Positions 1 through 9,811 of a DNA stretch of 64,000 nt are shown piece by piece. The notes below the pieces were generated by a model. The model did no database searches and was not told the origin of the DNA. It saw only the letters and a program-made list of their open reading frames with translations. Position numbers and translations under genes: made by a program. The stretch's first letter is position 1. Every line of letters starts with the position of its first letter. The stretch comes from an uncultured delta proteobacterium (GTDB lineage: Bacteria; Myxococcota_A; Polyangia; Fen-1088): contig CAVYGB010000008.1 of assembly GCA_963767925.1 (NCBI GenBank), positions 1,504,001 to 1,568,000 of the forward strand. Reading direction: 5' to 3'.

Positions 1-1
1 C

Positions 2-307
2 CCCCGCTGCACCGACAACGCGCCGGCCGACCGGCAGTTCCCGGACTTCGCCTGTTACATCGTCTCGCCCGAATACCCCGACGAGACGGTGTGCGAGTGT
101 GCCGGCACCATCGCCAAGGGCGAAGTCTGCGAACGCACCTACGAGTGCGCTCCGGGGAACGAGTGCATCCCGATCAACACGGACGTCCGCTGCCGCCGGC
201 TGTGCACGCCGCCGCTGTCCCCGCTGCCGCCGGTCGCCTGCGACCTCGGCGAGATCTGCGTGCCGTTCCCGAGGACCAACCGCAAGGTCGGCTACTGTCG
301 TCGGTAG
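2..307 (+). CDS. C-terminal part of a Cys-rich secreted protein (5' truncated by window)
   Basis: Open frame from base 2 (PRCTDNAPADRQFPDFACYIV...CECAG...VGYCRR*) with many spaced Cys, typical of myxobacterial exported proteins. Confidence 0.7.
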   Translation, partial: PRCTDNAPADRQFPDFACYIVSPEYPDETVCECAGTIAKGEVCERTYECAPGNECIPINTDVRCRRLCTPPLSPLPPVACDLGEICVPFPRTNRKVGYCRR

Positions 308-497
308 CCGACCCGCCCGGTTCATGTGAGCACCGTCGCATCGCCCCGAGCGGACCGGGCGCGGCCTCAGCCTCGGGGGGCGTCGGGGTCCCGCGCCCCC
401 GGATGGGGGCAAGCCGGGGGGCAGGCGGTCCGGCAAACCAGGCGCGAACGAGCGAGTTCACTCCATAAAGTTTTCGAACCCTGATAGGCTGGCAGAG

Positions 498-1220
498 ATG
501 AGCCCTGATTCCCCGCCCGGACCGGGGGCCCCAAGCGGCCCCGCCCGGTCTTCCTGGGCGCAGGAAGGATCGGGAGACGGATCGGGAAACGGATCGGGAG
601 ACGGATCGGGTGAGCGTGGCGATCCCACCGCCCTGTCCGACGATCAACTCGTCGAACGGGCACGGCGGCGTGACCTGGCCGCGTTCGAGCAGCTCGTCGG
701 CCGCCACGAGGAGCGGCTGTACCGGGTGGCCATGCGCCTGCTGCGCAACGAGAACGATGCCCGGGAGGTGCTGCAGGATGCCCTCCTCTCGGCCTGGCAG
801 AACCTCGACGGCTTCGCGGGACGGGCCCAGTTCGGCACCTGGATCTACCGGGTCACGGTCAACGGCGCGCTCATGCTGCTGCGGTCACGCCGGCGCCGGC
901 CCACGGTCTCGGTCGAGGAGCTGGCGCCCGCGGCCTTCGACGACGCGGTCGACGAGAGCCTGCGCGACGCGGGGGGCGACTGGTCCAAGCGGCCGGACGA
1001 GCAGCTCCAGTCGGGCGAGCTGAAGAGCCACATCGAGGAGGCGCTCGACGAGCTGCCCGAAATATTGCGCCTGGTCTTTCTTTTACGCGACGTGGAAGGG
1101 CTCTCGACCGAGGAGACGGCCGACGTCCTGAACGTGACGGTGCCAACTGTCAAGACCCGGCTGCACCGCGCCCGTCTCGCGCTCCGTCAAGCTATTACCG
1201 CATACTTCGAAAAGAACTAG
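498..1220 (+). CDS. ECF RNA polymerase sigma-70 factor
   Basis: Region 2 (DAREVLQDALL..AWQNL..F..FGTWIYRV) and region 4 (VFLLRDVEGLSTEETA..L..TVKTRLHRAR). Confidence 0.95.
   Translation: MSPDSPPGPGAPSGPARSSWAQEGSGDGSGNGSGDGSGERGDPTALSDDQLVERARRRDLAAFEQLVGRHEERLYRVAMRLLRNENDAREVLQDALLSAWQNLDGFAGRAQFGTWIYRVTVNGALMLLRSRRRRPTVSVEELAPAAFDDAVDESLRDAGGDWSKRPDEQLQSGELKSHIEEALDELPEILRLVFLLRDVEGLSTEETADVLNVTVPTVKTRLHRARLALRQAITAYFEKN
567..614 (+). repeat. 4 x 12-bp tandem repeat GGATCGGG(A/T)(G/A)A(C/G), encoding GSGD/GSGN/GSGD/GSGE
   Basis: ggatcgggagac ggatcgggaaac ggatcgggagac ggatcgggtgag read directly. Confidence 0.9.
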
Positions 1221-1251
1221 CCCCAACCCCCTCTATACTCCGGCGCTGGAT

Positions 1252-4200
1252 ATGGCCCGCGCCGGCTCTCCGTTCGTGACCGTCCGTGTACTGGGTTTCC
1301 TGGCTCTGCTGCTGTCCCAGCCCACGCAGGCGGTCTCCCCGCCCGCACCCACGTGGTTCGATCGCCTCTTCGAGCAGGAGCGGGCCGATCTCGCGCAGCG
1401 GGTGGGGCTCCCCGAAGCCGTCTCCTCGCTGTCGGCGCTGATCGCCCTCGAGGAGAACGTCGCCCCCGGCCGGCTGGAGGAGATCCTCCGCAGCACGGTG
1501 CAGGAGCCCCGCACCGATCCGCTGGTCGCGGCGCAGGCCAGTTACCGGCTCGCGCTGGCCGAGACCCGCCGCGGTGAGGTCGACTCGGCCCGGGCCCGCT
1601 ACCGGGCCATGGGCCTGGTGAGCGAGTTCCAGGTGGTGGGCCCCTTCGAGGCCCAGGGCCGGGGCGCGGTGGGCCGACCCTATGCGCCCGAGACCCCCGA
1701 GGGTGGGCCGGGACCCGACCGCCGCTTCGCCGGCAAGGAACGCGAGGTCACCTGGAGGCCCGCCCCCAACGTCCTGCGCGATGGCTCGCTCGCCCTCGAC
1801 GGCCTCCTGCGCCCGGACAGCGACGCCGTGGCCTACGCCCTGACCTACCTGCACAGCGAGCGCCGGCAGCCCATCGTGCTCCGGCTCGGCAGCCCAGGTC
1901 CGATCAAGGTGTGGGTACAGGGGAAGGTGGCGTTCGAAAAGAACGTCGTGCGCGATGTGCGGCTGGACCAGGACGCGGTGACCGTGCTGCTCGAGCCTGG
2001 CGAAAATGCCGTGCTCATCAAGACCGTCGTCACCAGCGGCGCCTGGCGCCTGTTCCTGAGAGTGACCGATCAGAAGGGACGCCCGCTGCCCAACCTGCGG
2101 GCGACCGCCGCCGGCGCCGCCTATCCGCTGGGCCCCGACCGCGGGCCCCGCGCGGGGGCTCCGCCCCGCGACCTCGGGGCGATCCTGCTGCAGCGGGCGA
2201 CGCGCAGCCCCGCCGCTGCTCGGGGGCCGGCCTGGCTCGACTACGCCCGCTACCTGGCGCTCTACCGGTCCACCGACCGCGAGGGCAAGGACCTCGAGCA
2301 GGCGCTCGATCAGGCGGCGCGGGCCGGAGCCGGCACCCGCGCCCTCCTGCTGCTGGGGGAGCTGGCCACCGAGCCCGACGACCGACGGCAGGCGCTCGAG
2401 CGCGCGGCGGCCGAGGCGACCGATCCCGAGGAGAAGGCGCTGGCGCTGGCCCAGCTCGGCCTGCTGGCCCGCGCCAGCCGCCGCGAGAGCGCAGGCCTGG
2501 AGCTGCTCCGCGCCGCGCTGGCCGCCGACCCCACCTGCGTGCCCGCGGTGCTGGCCCTCGCCGCCGAGGAGCAGCTCGCCGGCCTCCCCGCCGCCGGGCT
2601 GGCCCGCCTCGATACCCTGCCCGAGAACCTCCGGGTCCTGCCGATGGTGCGGGCGGCCCGGGCGCGGGCCCTGGAAGCCCTGGGCCGCCGGGCGGCGGCC
2701 GACCGCGAGCTGGCCATGTTGTTCGAGAGCCGCCAGACCGACGTCGAGCTGGGGCTGGACGTGGCCCGGGCGGCCCGCCTCGATGGCGACTCCCAGCGGG
2801 CGATCTTCCTGCACGCCAAGCTGGCCCGGCAGCGCCCCGATCTCTCCTTCATCGTGACCGAATGGGCCCGCCTCCTCGAGGGGGGCGGCGACATCCCGGG
2901 CGCCCGGCGCGTACTCGAGCAGGCCATCGAGCGGTTGCCCGACGAGGCGATCTTGCACGAGGAGCTGGGCCGCTTGCTGGTGCGAGCGGACGACCTCGAG
3001 GCGGGCGTCAAGCAGCTTCGCCAGGCGCTCACCCTGCGGCCGCAGAACCCCGTCCTGCGCCGGTACGTGGCCCGCCTGGCCAGCGACGCCGACGGCCGGC
3101 AGGGCGACGGCGGGGCCGACTGGGCCCGGAGCTGGGTGGAGGACGGCCGGGCCCTCGCCCGCAGCGCCCTCTCCGGCGCCGCGACCCAGGCGAGCGACGA
3201 CTCGGGGGCGGCGGTGCTTGTCGATCAGCAGGTCGTCCGGGTGCACGGCAACGGCCTCTCCGAGCGGTTCGCCCAGCGCCTCGTGCACGTCCGCACCGAG
3301 CAGGCCGCCCGGGAGCAGCTCGAGTTCCTGGTCCGCTACTCCCCCGGCACGCAGGAGGTGGAGATCCGGAGGGCCCAGATTTACCGGCGCGCCCCGGGCG
3401 GGGAGGTGCTCCTGTTGCAGGCGACCGGCCGCGACGATCGCGATCTATCGGAGCCCTGGTACGGCCTCTATTACGACCTGCGGGCCGAGGTGGTTGTGTT
3501 CGAGGGCCTGCGGGCGGGGGACGTGCTCGAGATCCAGTACGCCGTCTCCGACGTGTCTCCGGAAAATGCCCTCGCCGGCTACTTCGGGGACCTCGACTTC
3601 CTGGCCGAGACGGTGCCCCGCCAGCGCTGGCGCTACGTCCTGATCGGGCCAGCCGACCGGCGGTTCTTCTTCAACCGCCCGGGGGTGGCCGACCTGGAGT
3701 ACCGCGAGGAGCAGAAGGGCAACGAGGTGGTCTTCACCTTCGCCGCCCGCAACATCCCCCGGGTGGTCTCCGAGCCCGGCATGCCCGGGTACGCCGAGGT
3801 GTCGCCCTACCTGCACGTCAGCACCCACTCCGGCTGGCAGGAGATGGGCCGCTGGTACTGGAACCTGATCGAGGATCAGCTCTCCGCCGACAGCAACCTG
3901 ATCCGGGCGGCGACCGAGGCCACGGCTGGCGCCCGCACCGTGCTGGAGAAGGTCCGGGCCGTGCACCGCTTCGTGGTGGAGAACACCCGCTACGTCGCAC
4001 TAGAGTTCGGGATCCACGGCTACAAGCCCTACCGGGTCACCCAGGTGCTGTCGCGCCGCTTCGGCGACTGCAAGGACAAGGCCTCGCTGATGCTGGCCCT
4101 GCTGCGGGTGGTGGGCGTGCCCAGTGAGCTGGTCCTGCTCCGCACCCGGCAAGGGGGACGGGTCGAAGCGAGCCCCGCCTCCCTGGCGGTCTTCGACCAC

Positions 4201-5088
4201 GCCATCGTCTACGTGCCCGGGCTGGCCCTCTACCTCGACGGCACGGCGGAGTTCGCCGGGCTCGACGAGCTCCCCTTCCAGGACCAGGGGGTCACCGCCT
4301 TGCGGGTGGGCCCCCAGACCGCCGAGCTGGTGCTGACGCCGGTGATGCCGGCGGCCGCCAACCGGGCGGTTCGCCGCTGGCAGGCCAGCGTCGACGAGCA
4401 AGGCGGCGCCCGGGTGAGCGAGGAGATCGCGGTGAGCGGCCAGGCCGCCCCCGAGTGGCGCGAGCACTATCAGACCCCCGGCGAGCGGCAGGAGCGCTTC
4501 AGCAAGGTGTGGAGCGGCCGCTTCCCCGGCGCCCAGCTCGAGACGCTCGAGATCGACGGCCCCTCCGACCGCAACCGTCCGGTGGTGGCCCGCTCGGTGG
4601 CCCTGGTGCCCAAGCTGGCCGATCCGGCCGGGGCGGGCCGGCTCAAGCTGCCGGTCAGCGCCCGGGAGGAAGACTTCGTGCGTTCCTACGCCCGGCTGTC
4701 GCAGCGGCGCCACGAGCTCGTGCTGGCCTACCCCTGGCAACAGGAGCAGGAGCTGTCCTTCCGGGTCCCCGAGGGCTGGCAGGTCGAGGGGTTGCCCGCC
4801 CCCCGCCAGCTCGACTCCCAGTTCGGCCGCTTCCGCCAGGAGGTCGCCGTCTCCGACGACGGCCGGCACATGACGGTGCGTTCGCTGGTCGAGGTGGCGC
4901 AGAACCGCATCGCCCCCAAGGAGTACGGGGAGTTCCGGGCCTTCCTCGCGGTGCTCGATGGAGCCTTCCGGCAGACGGTGACCATCCGCAAGGAGGTCGC
5001 CGGATCCACCGAGCCGCCGGCCGAGAAGACCGAGCCCCGGCCCCTCGAGCCCGAAAAGCGCGACACCGGAACGGAGAGCCGCCAGTGA
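1252..5088 (+). CDS. Secreted TPR + DUF3857 + transglutaminase-like (+DUF3858-like) protein with intact Cys-His-Asp triad
   Basis: Signal peptide; TPR-like helices; GDVLEIQY (DUF3857 end); GDCKDKA, FDHAI, YLDGT motifs. Confidence 0.88.
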   Translation: MARAGSPFVTVRVLGFLALLLSQPTQAVSPPAPTWFDRLFEQERADLAQRVGLPEAVSSLSALIALEENVAPGRLEEILRSTVQEPRTDPLVAAQASYRLALAETRRGEVDSARARYRAMGLVSEFQVVGPFEAQGRGAVGRPYAPETPEGGPGPDRRFAGKEREVTWRPAPNVLRDGSLALDGLLRPDSDAVAYALTYLHSERRQPIVLRLGSPGPIKVWVQGKVAFEKNVVRDVRLDQDAVTVLLEPGENAVLIKTVVTSGAWRLFLRVTDQKGRPLPNLRATAAGAAYPLGPDRGPRAGAPPRDLGAILLQRATRSPAAARGPAWLDYARYLALYRSTDREGKDLEQALDQAARAGAGTRALLLLGELATEPDDRRQALERAAAEATDPEEKALALAQLGLLARASRRESAGLELLRAALAADPTCVPAVLALAAEEQLAGLPAAGLARLDTLPENLRVLPMVRAARARALEALGRRAAADRELAMLFESRQTDVELGLDVARAARLDGDSQRAIFLHAKLARQRPDLSFIVTEWARLLEGGGDIPGARRVLEQAIERLPDEAILHEELGRLLVRADDLEAGVKQLRQALTLRPQNPVLRRYVARLASDADGRQGDGGADWARSWVEDGRALARSALSGAATQASDDSGAAVLVDQQVVRVHGNGLSERFAQRLVHVRTEQAAREQLEFLVRYSPGTQEVEIRRAQIYRRAPGGEVLLLQATGRDDRDLSEPWYGLYYDLRAEVVVFEGLRAGDVLEIQYAVSDVSPENALAGYFGDLDFLAETVPRQRWRYVLIGPADRRFFFNRPGVADLEYREEQKGNEVVFTFAARNIPRVVSEPGMPGYAEVSPYLHVSTHSGWQEMGRWYWNLIEDQLSADSNLIRAATEATAGARTVLEKVRAVHRFVVENTRYVALEFGIHGYKPYRVTQVLSRRFGDCKDKASLMLALLRVVGVPSELVLLRTRQGGRVEASPASLAVFDHAIVYVPGLALYLDGTAEFAGLDELPFQDQGVTALRVGPQTAELVLTPVMPAAANRAVRRWQASVDEQGGARVSEEIAVSGQAAPEWREHYQTPGERQERFSKVWSGRFPGAQLETLEIDGPSDRNRPVVARSVALVPKLADPAGAGRLKLPVSAREEDFVRSYARLSQRRHELVLAYPWQQEQELSFRVPEGWQVEGLPAPRQLDSQFGRFRQEVAVSDDGRHMTVRSLVEVAQNRIAPKEYGEFRAFLAVLDGAFRQTVTIRKEVAGSTEPPAEKTEPRPLEPEKRDTGTESRQ

Positions 5089-8000
5089 GGCGCCGAGGAC
5101 TCGGTCCGCTCGCGCTGCTCGTCGCCCTGGGGGCGGCCTGCGCCAGCGGGGGCACCGCCCAGCCCGCGCTCGATGTCGCCACCAGGGCCAGCGCGGCCGC
5201 CTGGGCCGGCTGGCGGGCCCTGCTCGAGGGGGGCAGCGCCCAGGCCGACACCGCCTTCTTCGAGGCCCGGCGGTGGCAGCCCGACGACCCGGTGGCCCTG
5301 TTCGGCCAGGCCGCCCTGGCCTTCGAGCGCGGGCGGTCCGAGGCCGCGCTGGACGCGACCTTCGCCCTGCTCGCGCGCGCCGATCGCCGGGACGCGCACC
5401 CCTGGGCGATGCCGCTGGCGGCGGCCGCCGCGACCCGGCTGACCGAGCTGCTCGCCGAGGCGCCCGCGCCCCGGGGCTACGAGGACCGGCTGCTGGCCCT
5501 GCAGTCCCGCGGCCTGTCCTGGCGGGCCCGGCTGGCCATCGAGGAGGCCCGCGACTACATCGGCCGCCGCCGGGGAGAGGGCGAGCTCCTGCGCCGCACG
5601 GAGCTGCAGCAGGGCTGCTTGCAGCGGGTGCAGTGGATGGGCGTCGCCGGCAGCTTCCCCAACCTCGATCTGGCCCAGGAGCCGATCGGGCCGGCTCCCG
5701 CCGCGCGCGAGCTGCAGGCCTCCGGCTGCGTCCTCACGCTCCCCGAGCGGGAGGGCCGCCCGGGGGTCCACATCCTGCGCGCGCCGATCGCGACGGCGGC
5801 CGGCCGGGTGTTGCTGGTCCTCGATTACTCCGGACCGGCGCTCATCCGGGTCGATGGCGGCCCCTTCGTCGAGCACGGCTCGGCGCGCGCCTTCGGGCCG
5901 CGAGCCAGCGCGGTCGCGGTCGCCCTCACCCCGGGTCGGCACACCCTCGAGCTGCGGCTCGGCAGCTACGGGGGGGCGTCGGCCCTGCGGGCGTTCGTGT
6001 TCGACCCCGCGCCTCCCGATCCGGCCGCGCCCTCCGGAGCCGGCCTGGAGCAGCTCGCGCTGTGGGAGCTGGCCGGCGCCCTCACCTCCGATGCGGTGGG
6101 GGAGACCGACCGGGCGCTGGCCGTCGCGACCTCCCTGACCGAGCGCAAGCGCTTCACCCTGGGCCTGTCGGCGGCCGCCGCCATCCTGTCGCGGGACCCG
6201 ACGCGTCCGTCGGCCATGGCCCGCGACGAGTCGGACGCCCTGTACCGGACGGTGGTGACCTCCGACCCCGGGCTGGCTCGCGCCGCCCTGGCGCTGGCCC
6301 GGGCCGAGCTGCACCGCGACCGCAGCGCCGAGGCGGTCGAGCTGGCCAGGCAGGCGCTGACCGCGGCCCCCCAGTTCTGGCCCGCCGCCGCCACCCAGGT
6401 GGAGGCGCTGCGAGCCCGCGGGCTCGAGCGCCACGCCGACGAGGTGCTCAAGCAGACCCTGACCGCGCTCGGCCCGGTGGAGGGGGCTTGCGACCTGCTG
6501 GTCCAGGCCCACCAGCGGGCCCAGATCCGCTACCAGACCGAGGCGGAGAAGATCTTCGCCGACCGGCTCGAGCGCTGCGACGCCCGCTCGACCGTCCCCA
6601 TCGAATGGCTACGGCGCCGGGGTGACCTGGCCCAGTCGGCCACCGCCCTCCGCCGCCGCCTCGAGTTCGTCTCCGACCGCAACGGCACCCGGGCCGATCT
6701 GGCCGCCGTGCGGCTGGCGATGGGGCAGGCGGTCGCAGCCGCCCTCGAGCTGGGCGCCCTCGTCGAGTCCGCCCCCCGAGACAGCTCGCTGCGCCTGCGG
6801 CTGGCCGACGCCTACGTGGCGGCGGGACAGGCCGATCGGGCGCGCAGCCTGGTGGCCGAGACCCTCACCCGCCTGCCCGGGCACGCCTCGGTCCGCCAGG
6901 TGGCCCGGGTGATGGGCCTGCCCCTGCCCATCGACCAGTTTCGCCTCGACGGAAAGACGGTCATCCAGGAGTACCAGGCGTCGAAGAGCGACTACGCCGC
7001 CCCCGCGGTCCTCGTGCTCGATCGGACGGTGGCCTGGGTGCTCGACGACGGGACGCAGGTGATCCTGACCCACAACATCGTCAACGTGAAGACCAAGGAC
7101 GGCATCGCCCGCTGGGGAGAGGTCGCGGTCCCAGGCACCGCCGAGATCCTCGCCCTGCGCACCCACAAGGCGGACGGGCGCGTGCGCGAGCCCGAGGAGA
7201 TCTCGGGCAAGGAGACCATCTCCGCCCCCGACCTGGGCCCGGGGGACTTCGTCGAGTGGGAGACGGTCGAATACCGCGAGCCGGAGGCGGGCCTGGCGCC
7301 CGGCTTCGTGGCCGATCGGTTCTTCTTCCAGTCCCTCGAGCTGCCCCTGCACCTGTCGGAGTACCTGGTGCTGGCGCCGGCGGGGGTCGAGCTGGACTTC
7401 GATCGGCGGGCCGGCGCCCCCACCCCCGAGGTCGGCAACGGTCCGGCGGGGACCCGGCTCTACCGCTTCGTCGCCCGGACGATGCCCCAGCTCTTCAGCG
7501 AACCGGCCGCGGTCGCCCACATCGAGTGGATCCCCTCGGTGCGCGCCTCCCGCGGGGTGACCATCGAGCGCTGGGCCCGGATGCTCGCCGACGGGCTTCA
7601 CGGCATCGCCCGGACCTCCCCGTCGCTGCGGGCGCTGGCCCAGCGGCTCGTGGAGGGGGTCGATCGGCGCGATCACGGCTGGGAGGCGGCCATCGTCCGC
7701 TGGGCCCGGGAGAACATCGAGGCCGAGACCGGCCTGGCCGAACCGGCCACCGCCACGGTGGCGCGGGGGCGGGGCAACCGGGCGGCGGTGATCGTGGCCC
7801 TGGCGCGCACCCTCGGCCTCGACGCCGACCTGGTGCTGGCCCGGCCGCTCACCGAGATGCCCACCGACCAGCCCCCGGTTCGCCAGGAGCTCGACGACTT
7901 CTCGGAGGTCCTGGTCCGCTTCGCCGGCGCCGACCCCCGGGGCCCGCCGCTGTTCGTCGATCCGCGCTGGAAACACGCCCCCCTCGGCTACTTGCCGCCG

Positions 8001-8780
8001 GCGCTCGATGGGGCGCGCTGCCTGTCGCTGCTGGGCGGCTGGCTCGAGACGGCGCGCAGCCGCGGTCAGGACAGCCGCTCGGTCCACGTCGCGCTCCACC
8101 TCGAGCTCGACGGCTCCGGCACCGGCCAGGTGCGGGAGGACCTCACCGGCTGGCCGGCCATCGAGTGGGCCTCCTTGCACGAGCGGCTGGGCGGCGACGA
8201 GAGCAAGCTGCGCCAGGACTTCGAGCAGCGCTGGCTGAACCACCACTTCCCGGGGGCCCGCCTGGAGCAGCTCGCCTTCGAGATCGACAAGCGCCGGGAA
8301 GGCCAGGCGGTGCTGCGCTACAGCTTCTCCAGCTCCGGGCTCGCCACCCGCCAGGGCAACGAGCTCCGGCTGGTGCCCACCTTCTTCCGCAGCCAGCCCG
8401 GGCGCCGCTTCGCCACCGAGGGGCAGCGGCGCACGCCGCTGCTGGTGGGCCCCGATCCGCCGCTGACCCTCGAGGCCCAGATCCAGCTCCCGCCCCAGGC
8501 CACCGTCCTGGACCCGGGCCGCGAGGGCTCGGTCGCCGCCGCCCGGCAGGGCGCCCTGCGGTTCTCCGAGCGCCGACAGATTTTGCTCGGGCGTCTCCTC
8601 ATCCGGCGGCAGATCCAGCTCCCGCTGGTCCGGGTCGAGCCCAACGAATACCCGACGGTGGCGACCGAGCTCCGGCGGATCGATTCGCTCGAGCAGGGAG
8701 AGATCCGGATCGGGCGGGCCGCGGGATCCTCCGGCAGGGACGTGTCCCTGATCTCGGACGGGCTCCCCTCGGCGAAATGA
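5085..8780 (+). CDS. Lipoprotein with TPR + DUF3857 + degenerate transglutaminase-like domain
   Basis: GTG start overlaps upstream TGA; lipobox LGAAC; PDLGPGDFVEW; GRGNRAAV/FSEV/FVDP in place of the catalytic motifs. Confidence 0.8.
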   Translation: MRRRGLGPLALLVALGAACASGGTAQPALDVATRASAAAWAGWRALLEGGSAQADTAFFEARRWQPDDPVALFGQAALAFERGRSEAALDATFALLARADRRDAHPWAMPLAAAAATRLTELLAEAPAPRGYEDRLLALQSRGLSWRARLAIEEARDYIGRRRGEGELLRRTELQQGCLQRVQWMGVAGSFPNLDLAQEPIGPAPAARELQASGCVLTLPEREGRPGVHILRAPIATAAGRVLLVLDYSGPALIRVDGGPFVEHGSARAFGPRASAVAVALTPGRHTLELRLGSYGGASALRAFVFDPAPPDPAAPSGAGLEQLALWELAGALTSDAVGETDRALAVATSLTERKRFTLGLSAAAAILSRDPTRPSAMARDESDALYRTVVTSDPGLARAALALARAELHRDRSAEAVELARQALTAAPQFWPAAATQVEALRARGLERHADEVLKQTLTALGPVEGACDLLVQAHQRAQIRYQTEAEKIFADRLERCDARSTVPIEWLRRRGDLAQSATALRRRLEFVSDRNGTRADLAAVRLAMGQAVAAALELGALVESAPRDSSLRLRLADAYVAAGQADRARSLVAETLTRLPGHASVRQVARVMGLPLPIDQFRLDGKTVIQEYQASKSDYAAPAVLVLDRTVAWVLDDGTQVILTHNIVNVKTKDGIARWGEVAVPGTAEILALRTHKADGRVREPEEISGKETISAPDLGPGDFVEWETVEYREPEAGLAPGFVADRFFFQSLELPLHLSEYLVLAPAGVELDFDRRAGAPTPEVGNGPAGTRLYRFVARTMPQLFSEPAAVAHIEWIPSVRASRGVTIERWARMLADGLHGIARTSPSLRALAQRLVEGVDRRDHGWEAAIVRWARENIEAETGLAEPATATVARGRGNRAAVIVALARTLGLDADLVLARPLTEMPTDQPPVRQELDDFSEVLVRFAGADPRGPPLFVDPRWKHAPLGYLPPALDGARCLSLLGGWLETARSRGQDSRSVHVALHLELDGSGTGQVREDLTGWPAIEWASLHERLGGDESKLRQDFEQRWLNHHFPGARLEQLAFEIDKRREGQAVLRYSFSSSGLATRQGNELRLVPTFFRSQPGRRFATEGQRRTPLLVGPDPPLTLEAQIQLPPQATVLDPGREGSVAAARQGALRFSERRQILLGRLLIRRQIQLPLVRVEPNEYPTVATELRRIDSLEQGEIRIGRAAGSSGRDVSLISDGLPSAK

Positions 8781-8794
8781 CGTACGCTGCCGGA

Positions 8795-9787
8795 ATGAAC
8801 ATCGCCGTCCTGGGAGCCGGGGCCTGGGGCACGGCCCTGGCCGCGGCCCTGGCCGACGCCGGCCACGCCACCCGGCTGTGGGGGCGGGATCCGGCGCTGC
8901 TGGCCGAGATCGCCACCCGGCGCGAGAACCACCGTTACCTCCCGGGACGGCGCCTGATCGAGACGATCCAGGTGGGCTCGGATCTCCCGGCGGCGGTCGC
9001 CGGCAGCGCGGTGGTCATCGTCGCCGTCCCCACCGCCTCGGTGCGCGTGGTGTCCGAGCAGCTCGGACGGGCCGGGGCGGCGGGGGCGATCCTCGTGTCG
9101 GCGTCAAAGGGGCTCGAGCAGACCTCCCGCCTGACGGTGGACGGGGTGATGGCGGACGCCTTGCCCGGCACGCGCGTGGTCCTGCTGTCGGGCCCGACCT
9201 TCGCCACCGAGATCGCCCGCGGTCTGCCCGCCGCCGCCGTCGCCGCCTCGCGGGACGGGGAGGCCGCCGGCCTGGTCCAGCGGGTGTTCGGCTCGGAGAC
9301 CTTCCGGGTCTACACCACCGAAGACGTGACCGGGGTGGCGGTGGGGGGCGCCCTGAAGAACGTCATCGCCATCGCCGCCGGCTGCGCCGACGGGCTGGGG
9401 TTCGGCAACAACGCCCGGGCCGCCCTGATCACGCGCGGTCTCAACGAGATGGGGCGCCTGGCGGTCCGCCTGGGCGGCCATCCGCTGACCCTGGCCGGGC
9501 TGGCCGGGCTCGGCGATCTGGTCCTCACCTGCACGGGTGAGCTGTCGCGCAACCGGCGGGTGGGCCTGGCCCTGGCGGCGGGAGAGCCGCTCTCCCGGAT
9601 CCTCAGCGGCCTTGGGCACGTCGCCGAGGGCGTCTACACCGCGCGGATCGCGTCCGAGCTGGCCCAGGAGCTGGGGGTCGCGATGCCCATCACGGCCCAG
9701 GTGGCGGCGGTGCTGGCCGGCCAGCGAACGCCCCGGGAGGCGGTGGCCAATCTGCTGGCCCGCGAGTCGGGCCCCGAGCGGGGATAG
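8795..9787 (+). CDS. gpsA: NAD(P)H-dependent glycerol-3-phosphate dehydrogenase
   Basis: IAVLGAGAWGTALA, SKGLE, LSGPTFA, GGALKNVIAIAAG, GLGDLVLTC..SRNRRVG; alternative ATG at 8777. Confidence 0.97.
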   Translation: MNIAVLGAGAWGTALAAALADAGHATRLWGRDPALLAEIATRRENHRYLPGRRLIETIQVGSDLPAAVAGSAVVIVAVPTASVRVVSEQLGRAGAAGAILVSASKGLEQTSRLTVDGVMADALPGTRVVLLSGPTFATEIARGLPAAAVAASRDGEAAGLVQRVFGSETFRVYTTEDVTGVAVGGALKNVIAIAAGCADGLGFGNNARAALITRGLNEMGRLAVRLGGHPLTLAGLAGLGDLVLTCTGELSRNRRVGLALAAGEPLSRILSGLGHVAEGVYTARIASELAQELGVAMPITAQVAAVLAGQRTPREAVANLLARESGPERG

Positions 9788-9811
9788 CGGAGACCCGGCC
9801 GCGCGGCCGGC

